A stretch of 64,000 bases of DNA from Chrysomallon squamiferum (Eukaryota > Animalia > Mollusca). Made by a program: the position numbers and the translations under genes. This document shows, one piece after another, positions 13,501 to 26,664 of the stretch; the stretch's first letter is position 1; each line of letters begins with the position of its first letter. Under the pieces are notes generated by a model. The model saw only the letters and a program-made list of their open reading frames with translations. It did no database searches and was not told the DNA's origin. The stretch is taken from positions 10,912,001 through 10,976,000 of the forward strand of contig CM022671.1 of the NCBI GenBank assembly GCA_012295275.1, written 5' to 3'.

Positions 13501-14717
13501 AGAAAAAAATAATAATGAAATAAAATACAGAAATTAAAGATACAGTGATCATTAGAGGGCCATAGAAATAAAATTCTAAACAGTTGTTGTTTGGTTTATT
13601 TTATTTTAAAGAATTATACAGTTTGATTTATTTTTGCAATTCTATATAATTTTGACATTTATAAAGAAGTTACTTTTAGTTATGTCAATCTAAAAATTTG
13701 TTTAACTGATGATAATGTTATTAAATGAAATAGTTATTATGTTATACCTTTTTCTGATTTTAGATTTTTGGGGGATTAGTTTATGGTATTAATGCTTTGC
13801 ACACAGATCTGTATGTTTTCTCTTGTGTTTTTTCTTCTAAATACATTAATAGTTTTCACATACATTTCAATTACTGTTATCACCTTTAAATGAATACTTG
13901 TTTCAAATTATCATTCTTTTCATCTGAAAGCAAACATTTACTGCTTACTTTCTGTGAAGTGCAAACTAATATGAATAGAGTATTTTAGATAAGAGTGTGT
14001 TATGTTCATATGCCTGGATTTCATAACTGTAATGCCTGTACATTTTTTGGTAGAGACCCAAGATAAAGATGTAAAAAAAATCTGGACAAAGCAAGTTATT
14101 TTTAACAAAATTTAAGAATTTAATTTACTATGCCCCTTCACAATAAATTAAAAAAAAATTGAAAAAAAAAAACTGAAAACATTTTGGTTACAACTTACTA
14201 AATTATGATGATATAAGAAACTTATATCAATGCTAATAAATTGGTGAACTTAAAGTAAAAAAAAAGAAAATAATAAAAGAAAAAAGAAAAAAGTATATAT
14301 AATTCTCTACATCTGCACTAAATGTCTATAATTAACATGATCAAATTTTTATATTTTTTTTTTTTTTATAAATAATATTATGTCTTTGGGTGTGATTTAA
14401 AAAAATATTTATTTCTAAAACACATGAAATCGTGCCTACCGATTGTGTTTATGTTTCTTGGATTTCTTCTTCTTTTTGTCTTGTTCTGGTGAGCTGCTGT
14501 GCTCTCTGAAATATAAACACCAACATTTAACAAACTTTAATTAAATATTCCATTGATTAGAAACATTAATTCTGTGATCAATTGAAGTTGTGCATCCAAA
14601 AAATAATATGCAGTGTTTATGTACGTATGTATTTATTGTTATTGATTTTATCAGTTTGATCTTTTCTATATGTACAAAGAAAATGAAATACACATTAATT
14701 AGGCTTTAAATTACTTA

Positions 14718-14753
<36 letters not shown>

Positions 14754-16923
14754 TATATGTTGGTAATAGACATTATCCTAGCAATGTTGGAGAACAGAAA
14801 CAGAAAAACAAACATTAAAAACCCTCCAATAAAATACAGATTTATAACATTCACTCATACAAATTTTCTGAACTAAATATTTCAAAAAGTAAATATATGT
14901 AAAAAGAACAGTGAGTCCTAAAACATTAACAATGTTGGTATCAAATAAAAAAACAACAACTAACAATCCATAAAAATGAAACATTTGTGTGAACATTGTT
15001 CTGCACTATAAAACACAACTTGTAACTGAAATGCACTGAAAACACAGTTTATCATGCATAATCTTACCGATGATACTCCTTATGTTTTTTGCTTGTTAAA
15101 AGAGAAAAGAAATGAGCACTATGAAGGAATGTGTGTGTTTAAAATTTATGTTTCTATAGGTTTTTATTAGTTTCTTTCATAGTAGAAATTATTTCTTAAA
15201 TACTCAAAAAATACGTAAACTGTGGTGTTTGCATTAAATAATCTATTTTTACTAAGATAAATAATATCAATCCTTAATTTCACAAAACAGAAGAAAACTG
15301 TTTTACATATATTCCTTTCAAGCTGAAATAAAATTATTTATAACACACAGCACATTTCACTTAAGTTTGACATGAATAATATTCATCATACCGAGATTTC
15401 TTTTTCTTTCGTTTTGCTGGAGGTGATGTCTCCTCTTCTGATTCTGAACTTTCTTCAATGTATCTACATAATCAGACATTTCTTAATTAAATATACAACA
15501 TGTGGACATTTTATAATCTCTTTTATTTAATTATAAATTTCAAATCTTCTTAAAATGTTAAATAAATAAAATATTTTAAAAGAAGTATTTATGTTAATTA
15601 GTATATAAACATTATCTATACATCACATTTAATTTACATTAATAGGAAAAAAAATGAAATGTAACAACAAAATATAGATTACCATATTTCCATAATATAA
15701 TGTTTTAATAAAATAATTAAATTTTAATGATTTTAACAGTTGATCTTGTTAAATAAATCTGTAACAGTTAAAACTAACTGATATTTTTTCTGAGCCATAG
15801 CCAGGGCTCGAGCTTGCTCTTCTTTAGCTTTTCTTGCTGGGTCAAATGCACTGCCCTCCACGTAATCTCCAAGATTGAATGCATTGCGCAACCTAGCATT
15901 CTTTTCCTGATTTGCTTGTGCAAGCTGATGTGTCTCTTTAGCACTAAAAATAGAAATTTTAAACTCACTAAACTATACATTTTAGCAAACAGTGCACAAA
16001 TTCCAAAAATTATTTTCATTTAGTATACTTTTAAAAATTTTATTATTACTTTTTATTTTTATTTCATACTATGTTTTTCAGCTTTTTGATGTTAAAATTA
16101 ATTTGTTATTTTCACTTTTCTCTCTCAATAATTAGTGATGACCAGTAAATAAAACTAACTGAAAAAAAATTACACCTAATACTGAATAAAAGTAAACTAT
16201 AATATGCAACGGTTTAACAGCAAATTAATCCATAAATTTTAAAGGTTTTTTTTTTTTTTTTTTTTATTTATCTTATTTATTTATTATTTATTTTAATGTA
16301 ACTCTTAAAACACAATTTGAAAAATTAATATATTACAGCAAATCTCATTCATTACAATTAGATTTATTAAGTGTTTCTTTTTACCATATTGTGAAACCTT
16401 AGTAATTAACATGCAATATAATGCAATATAATGCAGATACACATAGTGCATTTACAGTTCGTTAAAAACAGTTTTTACATATTAATAAATTGTTACTTTC
16501 TGACTATACATATATTAAGGGTATAATAAAACAAAAAGTAACACCACATACAAAAACACATGAAAATATCCTATTGGGATTCCAACAGAATCTGGTGAAA
16601 GACAACCTCCAAGTTTATCACTTGTCTCTTCTTTAAATGTACTAGATTTTCCCATAGATACATGAACAGTAGAATTTGCCTTTTCCCAGAAATAATCAAA
16701 AATGTGTTTTTTCTTTGAAAACTGTCCCTGTTTGTGTGTATCGGCTTGTTTATGTTTTATGCTGCTGTTCACTGTGCAGGATGTGCACACTTCAGTTATT
16801 TCATCAATCCTGTGTAAAATCAAACGTCCCTGATATGCTGTAGTCATATTGACATTTTTCATGTCCTCACTGTGAACAATGTTAAATAAGGTGCTGCCAG
16901 TCACTAAACCAAATCATAGGTAA

Positions 16924-16954
<31 letters not shown>

Positions 16955-19900
16955 AAGTATCAGCTGAATAATTTAATAATAACAACATTTCTTATCTGTC
17001 TGGAACATCCTGCTCAAGAATGAGATCAACTTTCCAAATTTCTTATTTTACTTTATCATTATTATTATTATACTGAATAACGTAACTGAATATCATATAT
17101 ACTTGGCACTGTTTCTTGTAATCACACTTCACTGATTGACATTGAACATAATCATGCCAGAATTCATTATTATATGAATTTGTGAAATCCAAGACAACCC
17201 AATTCTGTGCACATGTTACAGTGTGATAAAAAGTAATCCAACTAACAGTTGATTAGCATTGACTTTTAATCGAACAGACACCACTGCCAGCCTCAAAGAC
17301 TTAAAGGTTTTAACATTACTGAACATCAATATGTGTGTAAATCCAATACTGACAGCGGTATGAGCCAATCAAGTAGAGTCTCACTCTTTCCCTCTGTTTT
17401 TTCATGTCTAAAGACAGAAATGTTAAGTCCATACCTGCATTAAATGTCTTTCAAACAAACGTGCTGGACATAATAAAACTGAACAGCTTCAGAAGAAAAT
17501 AAATTAATTTGTACAATGAAAGTAATTAATAGTATTAAACAAGTACATATTGTTGTTTTTTCACAAGAAAAGGTAGGTTAAAAAAAATACCTCTGTAGAT
17601 CAATTCATTATAATAAAGAAGTATTAATCAAGGTATTTTAGAATGTCACTTCAAAAGTTAATTATAACTTGTAATTATGAGTAGATATTAAAAAATTCAT
17701 TGTGTTGAGGACTAAAATGTTCTTCCTTGAAAAATGTTTCTTTTTCTCATCCTGTTTTCTGAAAAGTGATTTTGCTGCAAGTAATGTTTAATGCTGAAAT
17801 GGTGCTGATTGAAAGTAATAAGACTTGAGCAACTGGTTTACATTAATACTATATACGTATCAACAATACACACTATATTATGAGTATATAGGTATATATG
17901 ATCTATATAGGTATATATGATCTACATACTATATAGTTGTATCAATAATATAATATTATATATGTATATCAGTAATATGCATGCTGTATATGTGTATCAA
18001 TAATATGAATTCTATAAAGGTATGTATATCAAAAATACATATAAAATTTAGGTTCATTAACAAATAGATATACAGGTGTATTAATAACTATAAAGGTATT
18101 AATAACACATTTTTATATAGGTTTTTAACAATAGACATACAACATAAATGTATTAATATCAGACATACTACATAGGTGTATTAATAACAGACATAATACA
18201 TAGGTGTATCAATAACAGACATACTATATAGGTGTATTAACAATTCCATACTATACAAAAAGAGTAACAAAAAGCATAATGAAATGAGTTTCTAACTCTG
18301 GATGCATTTGGGAAAAAACAACCAATCTCTTTCTACTTCATCAAAGACAACAGGAAAAACAGAAAATTGGACTTGTTAATAGGTGCCAATATAATAGATA
18401 GATCTCAATCCGTCATCAATCATTAATTAATAATTGATGATTATTGATCCTGCTAGCATTAATCAGGATTGCATCTGGAGAAATAACTCTGATCTGACAT
18501 GCAAGCTAATCATCATCATAGAACAGTAACACTGGCAATCAGTCTGGATTCTTAAATTTCTTTCTTCAGCTGCAGACAATAAGCTATGATTATACGTAGT
18601 CCTTTCTAAGATGACATGAAAAATCTTCTTGTCACACCCTTAATCAGGACTCTATCCCACTGTGCATTTACCGACTAAGGCTGTTTGAAACTCACAGTTA
18701 CAACTGTGGGAAAGCACATAAAATGCAATCTAGGAATAAATGCATGAATGTTTAACAAGAATGAATAATGAAAATTACATTACATATTCCGATGCAGTAA
18801 TAGGTATCTTACACATGAAAATATGTCTGAAATGAAGACAGTAATAAATAAATGTAACAAAGGCAATTATTATCCAACTACATTTTTCCTAGAGTTAGTT
18901 GGCAATTAATAAAAAATCAGATTTGCACATGAATGTGTTAAAATGATGTGCAGTTAATGATTCTAGTAATTTTTTTTTTTTTTTAAATGTTAATTTTTTA
19001 AATGTTCCTATTGTAAAACTGTATTCTAATGTATTACTGTGTGGTAACAACCATTATGAGTGAAAGGGCCATGATAAATTTAATGAAATTTATAATAAAT
19101 CTTCTTAGGATACTTTATTAGGCTGTTTCTAGTATGTTGATTCACTTCTGAGGTAAAATTCAAATAGTCTGTTAAAAATCTTAATTGATCAGCCATGGAA
19201 ATACTCTCTTCATAATTATTTCACCAAATACAGAAGAAGAAAAACAGACAGATCTGTACAACAGACTTTTCATATTATTTGAAACTTTTTTTTTTAACTC
19301 ACTCACTGACTGATAGCCTGTTTGTATTATTTTTAAAAGTTATGGTTTTCACAATCCATTGGTTTTATCAGGTTACATGTGTATTCACTGATTTCATTAC
19401 ATGCTTTGTGTTTTAAAATTTGAAGTTAGTATACTTGAATTTCATTTTCGGTTAATACAACAACAGATACTGTGATTAGCCAGCTAGCATTGTCATCTCT
19501 TCATTGTTACATTAGGCAGATAATTTTCTGTTTCCACCTGCTGAATTGTTTCCATTTACTTTTAATGACACATGCATATACATTTCATTTTTACAGAAGA
19601 ATCATTCTTTTGTAATTAGCTAAATACTGAAAGCAGTCATTGTGTATTTCACCAAATGAAAACAAAAGCTCTCAGATGGACAAATCACATTTACACTTTC
19701 TTGTCTTATCATGCACCATGCAAGCTGTTTTATAAAATTTTTATTTTATTTTTTTCTCTTTCCTTTTTGCTTTTTCTTTTTTTTTTTTTTTTTTCTTTTT
19801 TTTGTTTCCTGTCAGTTTAAAATGAAAAATGAAACTGTTCATACAGAAAATTATAATGGCATGGACTAGATATTTAATTAAGATGACAGTATAAATTTGT

Positions 19901-22900
19901 TAAAAACTCTCAAGCCAATTCGTTGATACTTGACAATTATGAGATTCTGTATTCTGTTATTCTTGTTAATCAATTCTCTAACAACGTTTGGCTGGATGAT
20001 CACTTATCTGGAAAATGTTTGGTTAAATACATGGCCATGTGGAATACTAAACAGCTACATCCAATAATTATTTTAAATCAATCATTATTATTATATTAAA
20101 ACTTGATCAAAGAAGACACATCTAGTGTATTTGTATGTGATGTTCATACTGAATGTTTCTTAAAGCCAGGAGGTCAAAATGAACTCAAAAATAACATTCA
20201 AAAACAAAATTGGACTTTTTTTCTGTGACTTGCCTCTGTACACTGACTTTACATTGGGAGACAGAAATCTTTATAGATATTCTATCACTCTTGTTAAAGA
20301 ATAACTGAATAAATATACCATAATCATTTTTAAAAACTGTTATGTCAAAACACATTATTTTTTGTGTAATGGTAACAAAGAAAATAACATCCATATCCAC
20401 CCATAGGCTACATTTAACAACAAGCAGAAAGGATGCATCTTTATACAAAGGCACATACCATTTGATCAATATGTAAACTGAAGTTCTTAGTGATAAAAGA
20501 TTTCAATTTTTGACATAAAATTCTATTTACTAATACACCTGCTTTTGCCTTTTGAAAATTTTGCATCAGTTAAAATTAGGCTAGAGCAAATGAAAAATTG
20601 CATTCTCCAAAATGCTAGTATCTTTATTTGCCAACTAGAATACTTTGGCTGACTTTGACTATGTTCATAACAGTAAAATTTCAGCTGATTACAAAAACTT
20701 CCAAGTCTGATCTAATGAAATTGTAAATGAGATGAATCTCATGCTATAATCCATTATATAGAAAATACTGTCTTAAGAAACAACACCTTTGACTATAAAA
20801 ACTATAATCTATGACCTATTAAACCAGACTTTGCTCAACATATAGAATTACCTATTATTATAATTTAATATTATATTATATTATTATATATTATATTACC
20901 TATTATATTATATTATATTATTATATATTATATTACCTATTTATTATATTATATTATATTATATTATATTATATTATATTATATTAATTATATTATATTA
21001 TATTATATTATATTATATTATATTATATTATATTATATTATAATATATTATAATATAATTATATTATATTATTATTTTATTACCTATTATACCAATGTAT
21101 GGAAAGCAATGAATTTTTTTTTTTAAATGAACAGCTTCCATAACAACCTATATCAAATATGAAAACTACTGATATTTGTAAAAAGTTAAAATAAATATTC
21201 AAAATTTTCTTTATATGTAACATTTTCTGTTTTAGAACTCATCAGATTAAAACTGTATGTGATCACATTCATATACTTTGAAAATATCAACACAAAAAAA
21301 AGAATTGTAACTTTTATAAATACTGTCCTGAGATCTGGAATAGAAATGAACTTTTTACATGTCCTGCTATTCTTTAATTCAAAAAGGACCTATATTATAT
21401 TTGTGACTATATTCAAAATCAGTAATGTGCTCCCTCTTGTGTGTTACTTTTGGTGCTCAAGTAAATATGGCTACAAGAAAGACTTTGGTGCTGGTAACAG
21501 AACATATCTTTTATTATCATACTAAGTCCATCTTCTTTTACAGATACATGTGTGTACATGTAGTCATACATACATATATATCATCGTGACGATTTGATCT
21601 GACTAACAAAATGATGTTTTTCTTCACCAGATCACGAAAAGCAGTATAGATATGTGCTACAAGTTCCATCCACAGTAGACATAGTCAGTTAACAAAAATT
21701 AAGCCTTCAGTTATAAATAGAACTGTAATATTATATAATGGAATACTGTTATCTTTTGCTTGAAATCAAATGAAAATGGAACATTTTTACAGATGTAATT
21801 ATACTTCGGAAAACGATTTTTTTTCAGTAACACACACAAACAGAGTTAGGTCTGAAGAAATTAATAAGGGAACTAAAAACTCACACTGGCCTGCCCATTT
21901 CATCCTTTTCAACCCCTGATTCTGAAACACCTTCTTTGTCCATCAACATTTTGCGAAACACAGAAACTTTGATTTCAATATCTTCAGCAGAATATCTGTC
22001 ATGGTGAAATAAAAGAAAACACTGCATTTAATTTACATCATAATCATACTTCACAACAAAGCCAGCCATTAGAATAAATCAATACTGCAGCAAAAGTGTA
22101 TTTATATTTATGTTTGTATGTGTGTATTATATGCATATGTGTGTGTGTGTGGTCTTTTTCAAACAAAGAACTATAGAAACAATTTAGGTGTAGTTAATCA
22201 TGCACTAATCATAAATGCAGGAAACATCTGATGAGAGAAAACAGATACTGTCAGTGAAATTAAATTACACACCATATTATGATCACTAAAATGGTAAACT
22301 GTATTTGTATTGATTTGGAATACAGTTTAGATGAAAAATAAAATACAGTCTCTAAATTAGGACTGAAATAAAAGTTAGGTTTTTGTTCCATAATTATTGA
22401 TTGTGGATAAATGGCAGGGTGCATGTTCACTTTTAAAACTGCCGTCATATCATGGTTTGCGACTGGTTGTATCACTTATGAAAGGCTGAGATAATAGTTT
22501 ATTGAAAAGAATGAATCAATTAATGTTCCAAATAATTTTTCTAATTATTTTCAACAGGCAATATTTAATTTTAAAAAAAAGGAAAAGATCAAAAACCGAT
22601 AAAACCAGATGTTAAGAGCCTAATTTTTATTTAATTTTACTGTTTTTGAATGGATTACATAGTTATTTCCCTTGATCTGTAATCTATAACTGAACATATC
22701 TAGAATAAAATTTGTAAATAATTTTAGTTTTCTTACAGATCTGTACAGAATTTCAAGGTTTTTGTAATAGTCAGTGGAGATATCCAAAAATACAAAAATT
22801 CAATTTGTAATTCTAAATGCATTAAAATGGTTAATGAGATAAATTAGATTTTAGTAATTATGTGACTTCTGATTATTGTAAACAAAGGAAAAAAATAAGA

Positions 22901-23456
22901 AAGGGAATTTAATCATGTGTGTCTGCCTAGATAATAAATAAATTTTCACTATTAACTTACTCTTTTGACTATTTTGCTGCTTAACACTTACTATTTTAAG
23001 TTTACTGCTGTATTGTATCTAATAAAAACTAATTATAACAGCTTTTTTTAACCTTAGTTCAAAATGTGCTACTAATTTTTCTTATTTATGAACCGACGTT
23101 AATAAAATATCTTCAGTGAATGTTAAGCCTGTACGTAGTACACAATACATTTATAAATGTATGCAACAGAATGTTATGGATTAATCTTTTTCTTTTCCCA
23201 TAATTTAGATAGCTCACCCTTGTTCTTCCATAAGTTCCTGCATTTCCATGCACTTTAGTTCAACTTTTCGTTTTCTGTCATGGTTCATAATTTCTTGGTT
23301 TGGCTGTTTAATAAGCATTTGGTCAAGTTTCTTTATTTCTTCTTCTGATTTATAGTCCACTTTATCTTTATGCTTGCGCACTGCACAAAGATTTCGCTGA
23401 ACAAAACCATTTGTGCCACTGCCCCTGGCTGTCGACAGCCCAATGCCATTGTACAT
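4354..23456 (-). CDS. SRRM2: Serine/arginine repetitive matrix protein Srrm2/3/4 (cwf21 + K/RS-rich + eMIC domain), ~539 aa, 12 coding exons
   Basis: Hand-spliced exons: 23218-23456, 21885-21995, 15779-15943, 15392-15463, 15068-15091, 14440-14505, 9511-9555, 8991-9077, 8601-8756, 7839-8186, 7432-7566, 4354-4525. All introns are GT-AG and phase 2, and the 1620-nt frame is open. N-terminus MYNGIGLSTARGSGTNGFVQRN...HDRKRKVELKC and ETHQLAQANQEKNARLRNAF...GSAFDP match SRRM2/cwf21. C-terminal GSPSHLDKRRITS|ARKRPVPYYRP matches the SRRM3/SRRM4 eMIC. Best named Srrm234, the invertebrate pro-ortholog. Confidence 0.93.
5196..5284. mobile_element. Possible short MITE
   Basis: Imperfect terminal inverted repeats taggctgaat / attcataccta with internal near-symmetry (tagttaaccgatta / taactggttagtta). 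Confidence 0.3.
6518..6617 (-). CDS. Candidate alternative terminal or poison exon of Srrm234 lying between the two eMIC exons
   Basis: Long pyrimidine tract, then ttttgttgcactcaaaaag|. In phase 2 it reads (R)SQSQDRYRNDEHQRLSRHWSRSPSYRRLRDRY*, an RS-like, GC-richer island. Donor-like gtcagt follows the stop directly and cg|gtatag lies at ~6492. Confidence 0.65.
7432..7566 (-). CDS. SRRM2: Srrm234 exon encoding the first half of the eMIC domain
   Basis: 135-nt phase 2-2 exon reading SYSHSHSRSQRRSCSSSPRLRCSRSPSIRRRKGSPSHLDKRRIT(S). Not reported by the ORF track. Confidence 0.9.
9668..9679 (-). CDS. Candidate 12-nt in-frame microexon of Srrm234 ((R)HIL(C))
   Basis: gtgttttatttttgcag|acatattctgtg|gtaagc; strong splice sites, frame-preserving. 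Confidence 0.5.
10663..10678 (-). other. Candidate 16-nt frameshifting (poison) microexon of Srrm234
   Basis: ttttttgaaTGCcccctttcctag|tggttttaaaggccag|gtaagc. Inclusion gives GFKGQ then TAC TGA in exon 9511-9555. Confidence 0.5.
15068..15091 (-). CDS. 24-nt in-frame microexon of Srrm234 ((R)KKHKEYH(R))
   Basis: ttttctcttttaacaag|caaaaaacataaggagtatcatcg|gtaaga; phase 2-2, with composition matching the neighbouring exons. Confidence 0.75.
17850..18256. repeat. Degenerate ~28-bp minisatellite (attaataacagacatactacataggtgt-like)
   Basis: Best copies at ~18152-18255 with period 28; copies become more diverged leftwards. Confidence 0.75.
20850..21090. repeat. (ATATT)n pentanucleotide repeat with tacctatt interruptions
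   Basis: Direct inspection. Confidence 0.9.
23218..23456 (-). CDS. SRRM2: Srrm234 first coding exon (cwf21 N-terminal part)
   Basis: ATG at 23456 (MYNGIGL...). Acceptor tcttcctttttcag ends at 23477; donor GG|gtgagc. Confidence 0.95.
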
Positions 23457-24827
23457 ATTGTACAATTAAAACAGATCTGAAAAAGGAAGAAACAGGTTAC
23501 AGTTTGTATTAAACTAAATAAATGGTCAAATGTTTTGAAAAGTCAAATTTGCTTCTTCAATTAAATAAATAATTGGTAATAAATTCATTTTTCAGAATTC
23601 TGTAAAAATTTCACCAAAGTTTTTAAGGATTATTTTTCACTAGGCTTATTGTACCCTGGATGGTTATCTTATTACTCAATATTGCCTTTTTGTTACAGGT
23701 TAATAACTATTTAGCAGTTATTGTTATAAAACTATTGAATGGGATTGGTTTAATCAATTCAACCATATGAATGCAGAATTTTTGAAATTCTTATTGATAA
23801 TAAAAACATTTACAAACCCAAATGGCTGAATATAAATTATAATCCTGTATTTTGATACACAATATATACATAACCATTAACTATTATTTATTCTTAATAT
23901 GGATTAAATAGCTATTATTATTCTATGTAAAATTGTGCTTCATTCTAACAAACTGTATTTTTCTGTGAAAATATATTTTAAAGTTGAAATGAAAATATGG
24001 TAATGAAAATATAATACCAAAACTTTCAATGTAATTTTCTCATCTTAAAACTTAAGTTAAACACTTTCATTTCCATGAATCAGTATATACTGAAAAAGCA
24101 ATATATGAGGTGACCAATATCTCAAAAATTATCACTGCCATGTTTTTGTTTCTGGGACATCATCATAGGTCCACAGAGATTTTGAAAAAAAAAAAATAAT
24201 AATAAAAATAAAAAAATATAAGATTTTCATCACAAATTTTTAGTGATTTATTAATAGTGTTACAGACACAATTTTAAATTTACTATTGTACAATGAAAAG
24301 GAAGGCAAAAATTCGCAGCTGCCCATCTTTATAAATCTAAATAACCTTTCTGAGTTTCTCATTGGGTAACTATTAACACAATTCCAATTTTATGTTATTA
24401 AAGAAACTGTTTTCTTTACATTTAATAATTTAATCATGTTAATGTTTCATGAAAAGTGCATTTACTGATATAGGTATGTAACTGTGCCGTAGAGTGCGAG
24501 TTATTCATTAACATTTTTCATTTAAGGTAACATGGTGACGGCTGACGGTCAATGTTATCAGACTTTATACTTAGATCTACGAGGTTTTCAAGTTATGAAA
24601 TTTAGATCATAATAATGATACTATTCATACTTCAAAATATCATTGTATATCTAGGCTTTATATCAGAAAATCAAAAATCATGAATCATTGAATGTAATTA
24701 CTAATTTATATCACGATAAACATAATTTTTTATAACGCATTGAATTTGATAAAAGCAACATTTTAACCATTTATATTTTAATACAGCTCTAGATATAATA
24801 CTACTACGTTTAATAAAATGTATATAC

Positions 24828-25100
24828 CGTAGCTAATATGTTGTTATAACTATAAAGGAATCCTTCGTTTTCTTTTTACTACAAACACCCGTGGACACTT
24901 CGAAATATCGATTTTTGCTATAAAATGGACGAAACCGGATGATGTACCAAATGGATTTACAATTAAGGGGAAGTAATTCATTTTAAGAAAATGGGTGCTA
25001 GACGTTTCGTCCCCATGCCAGTTCGCCCCTAATGTGTTCGTCCTATTTATCAGGTCTCTCCAAAACCTGTGCCACTTCGGTTCCATTTTTCGCGATTCGG
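24828..25100 (-). promoter_or_regulatory. Probable promoter and non-coding first exon of Srrm234
   Basis: CpG-retaining island upstream of the first coding exon, which has its own acceptor. Donor-like acg|gtatat at 24828/24827. TSS not determinable. Confidence 0.5.
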
Positions 25101-26045
25101 GATTTTGATTGAAGACGATTATAGTTATTTTTGTTCACAATTTAAACAAATAATTTTTAAAATTCAAATGTTAGATAAATATAATTATATATTTCGGAAA
25201 AATGAATTTAAAAAAAGTTCAAATAAGAAAAACAACAACGTCAACACAAAATGAGATCAGTATAATTTTGAAAATTAATTTGTTACACAAATTCACACAG
25301 ACAGCTGAATACTGATATTTACTTTATTAATGACTAAATTAACGAACACCAATAAATCTAAAAACAGACATGTTACAGTTATGTGAATAGAAAGTAAAAG
25401 AACCATTTATTAGTAAGCCAGTAAATAATAAATAAGATAAATTAATAAAAACAACAACAACAAATTCAAATAACACGCAACTAAAAACAAAACAAAACAA
25501 AACAAGATCCTATTGATCCGTTGATTCTTTTCATTCTTTTTTTATTATTTTGTTTTCTTGATTTTTTTTCAGAGTCTCATTATCATTATATTGTTCTAAT
25601 TTGCCCTTAATTACTTTTAGTAAGTGTTGCCAATGAATGGTGCTGATAACATGTTTCTTCATTTTAAACTAATTTGAAATGTATTTCATCAGCAAGAACA
25701 AGATAATTACGCCCCTAGTTAACTTAATTGAAACAAATATTTAAAAATATGTTTTGATTTTGTTAAATTCACAGAACCTGTTTATACAGAATACAGTATA
25801 GGTATTCAGTCAGTTATACTTAAACCAGATTTGATATATTCATGATATCTATCTATCTAGATTAAATTGTAGTTCCGTTAAATATTAAAAAGAACTTTAA
25901 TCAAAAGTGAACAACATTTAGTGCATGATGTTACTGGTTGCAATATAAAAATAACTTTATTCATTTTAATTTAAATTGTTCTTGAGTGTGTTAAAATGAA
26001 CTAGTAACTTTTAAATTAATAAAAATACAAAATATATTTTAGGTT

Positions 26046-26198
26046 TCAGGAGTGCGAGCGGCACAATGAACATGACTCTTTTCGTAATTTTTCGTTTGAT
26101 GATTCAGGGTCCTTGTTAATATCTAAAACGTAAAATAAAATAAAATGAAAATAAACGAAACAACACAATGCGTATTTTTTCTCAAATACCATTAGTTC

Positions 26199-26247
<49 letters not shown>

Positions 26248-26664
26248 TACATACATACATACATACATACATACATACATACATACATACATACATGCAT
26301 GCATGCATAGATGAAAACGAAACAAATACACATATTCATATTCAAATGCACACTGAATCGATTTAAATTACGGAAATTATAAATAGTTTATTATTATTAT
26401 TTTTTTTTTTTTTTTTTTTTTTTGTGGAATTCTAAAATAGTTAATTTTTTATATACCTTCACAGCTGTAAGTTGGGTGAAAAAGACCTAAAACAGACGAA
26501 CCTCCTCCTCTTCGACTTGGAGACGTTTTTAAGCTTACAATTTCTTCTCCTGCTATCTTAGTCTTCGATTTTTCATGAGCGGAGATAATGCTATCCAGTT
26601 TGTGGATGGCAGCACGACCTCTATAACGTTTTTTGCGTTTGGGTTTAGGCATAGAGCAGCCCAT
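26046..26664 (-). CDS. Candidate small two-exon orphan gene, 94 aa, basic N-terminus
   Basis: Exons 26457-26664 and 26046-26122 join in phase 1 via gaag|gtatat ... ttttacgttttag|. Product MGCSMPKPKRKKRYRGRAAIHKLDSIISAHEKSKTKIAGEEIVSLKTSPSRRGGGSSVLGLFHPTYSCEDINKDPESSNEKLRKESCSLCRSHS*. AATAAA (minus) at 25956-25961. Confidence 0.5.
26200..26305. repeat. (CA)n-(CATA)n compound microsatellite in the intron of the candidate orphan gene
   Basis: Direct inspection. Confidence 0.95.

Noticed and set aside
17850-18256. Repeat array superficially like CRISPR
   Set aside because: Eukaryotic intron, head-to-tail degenerate units without unique spacers, and no cas genes.
18413-18440. 28-bp near-perfect palindrome tcatcaatcattaattaataattgatga
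   Set aside because: Very AT-rich, isolated and too short for a miRNA hairpin claim.
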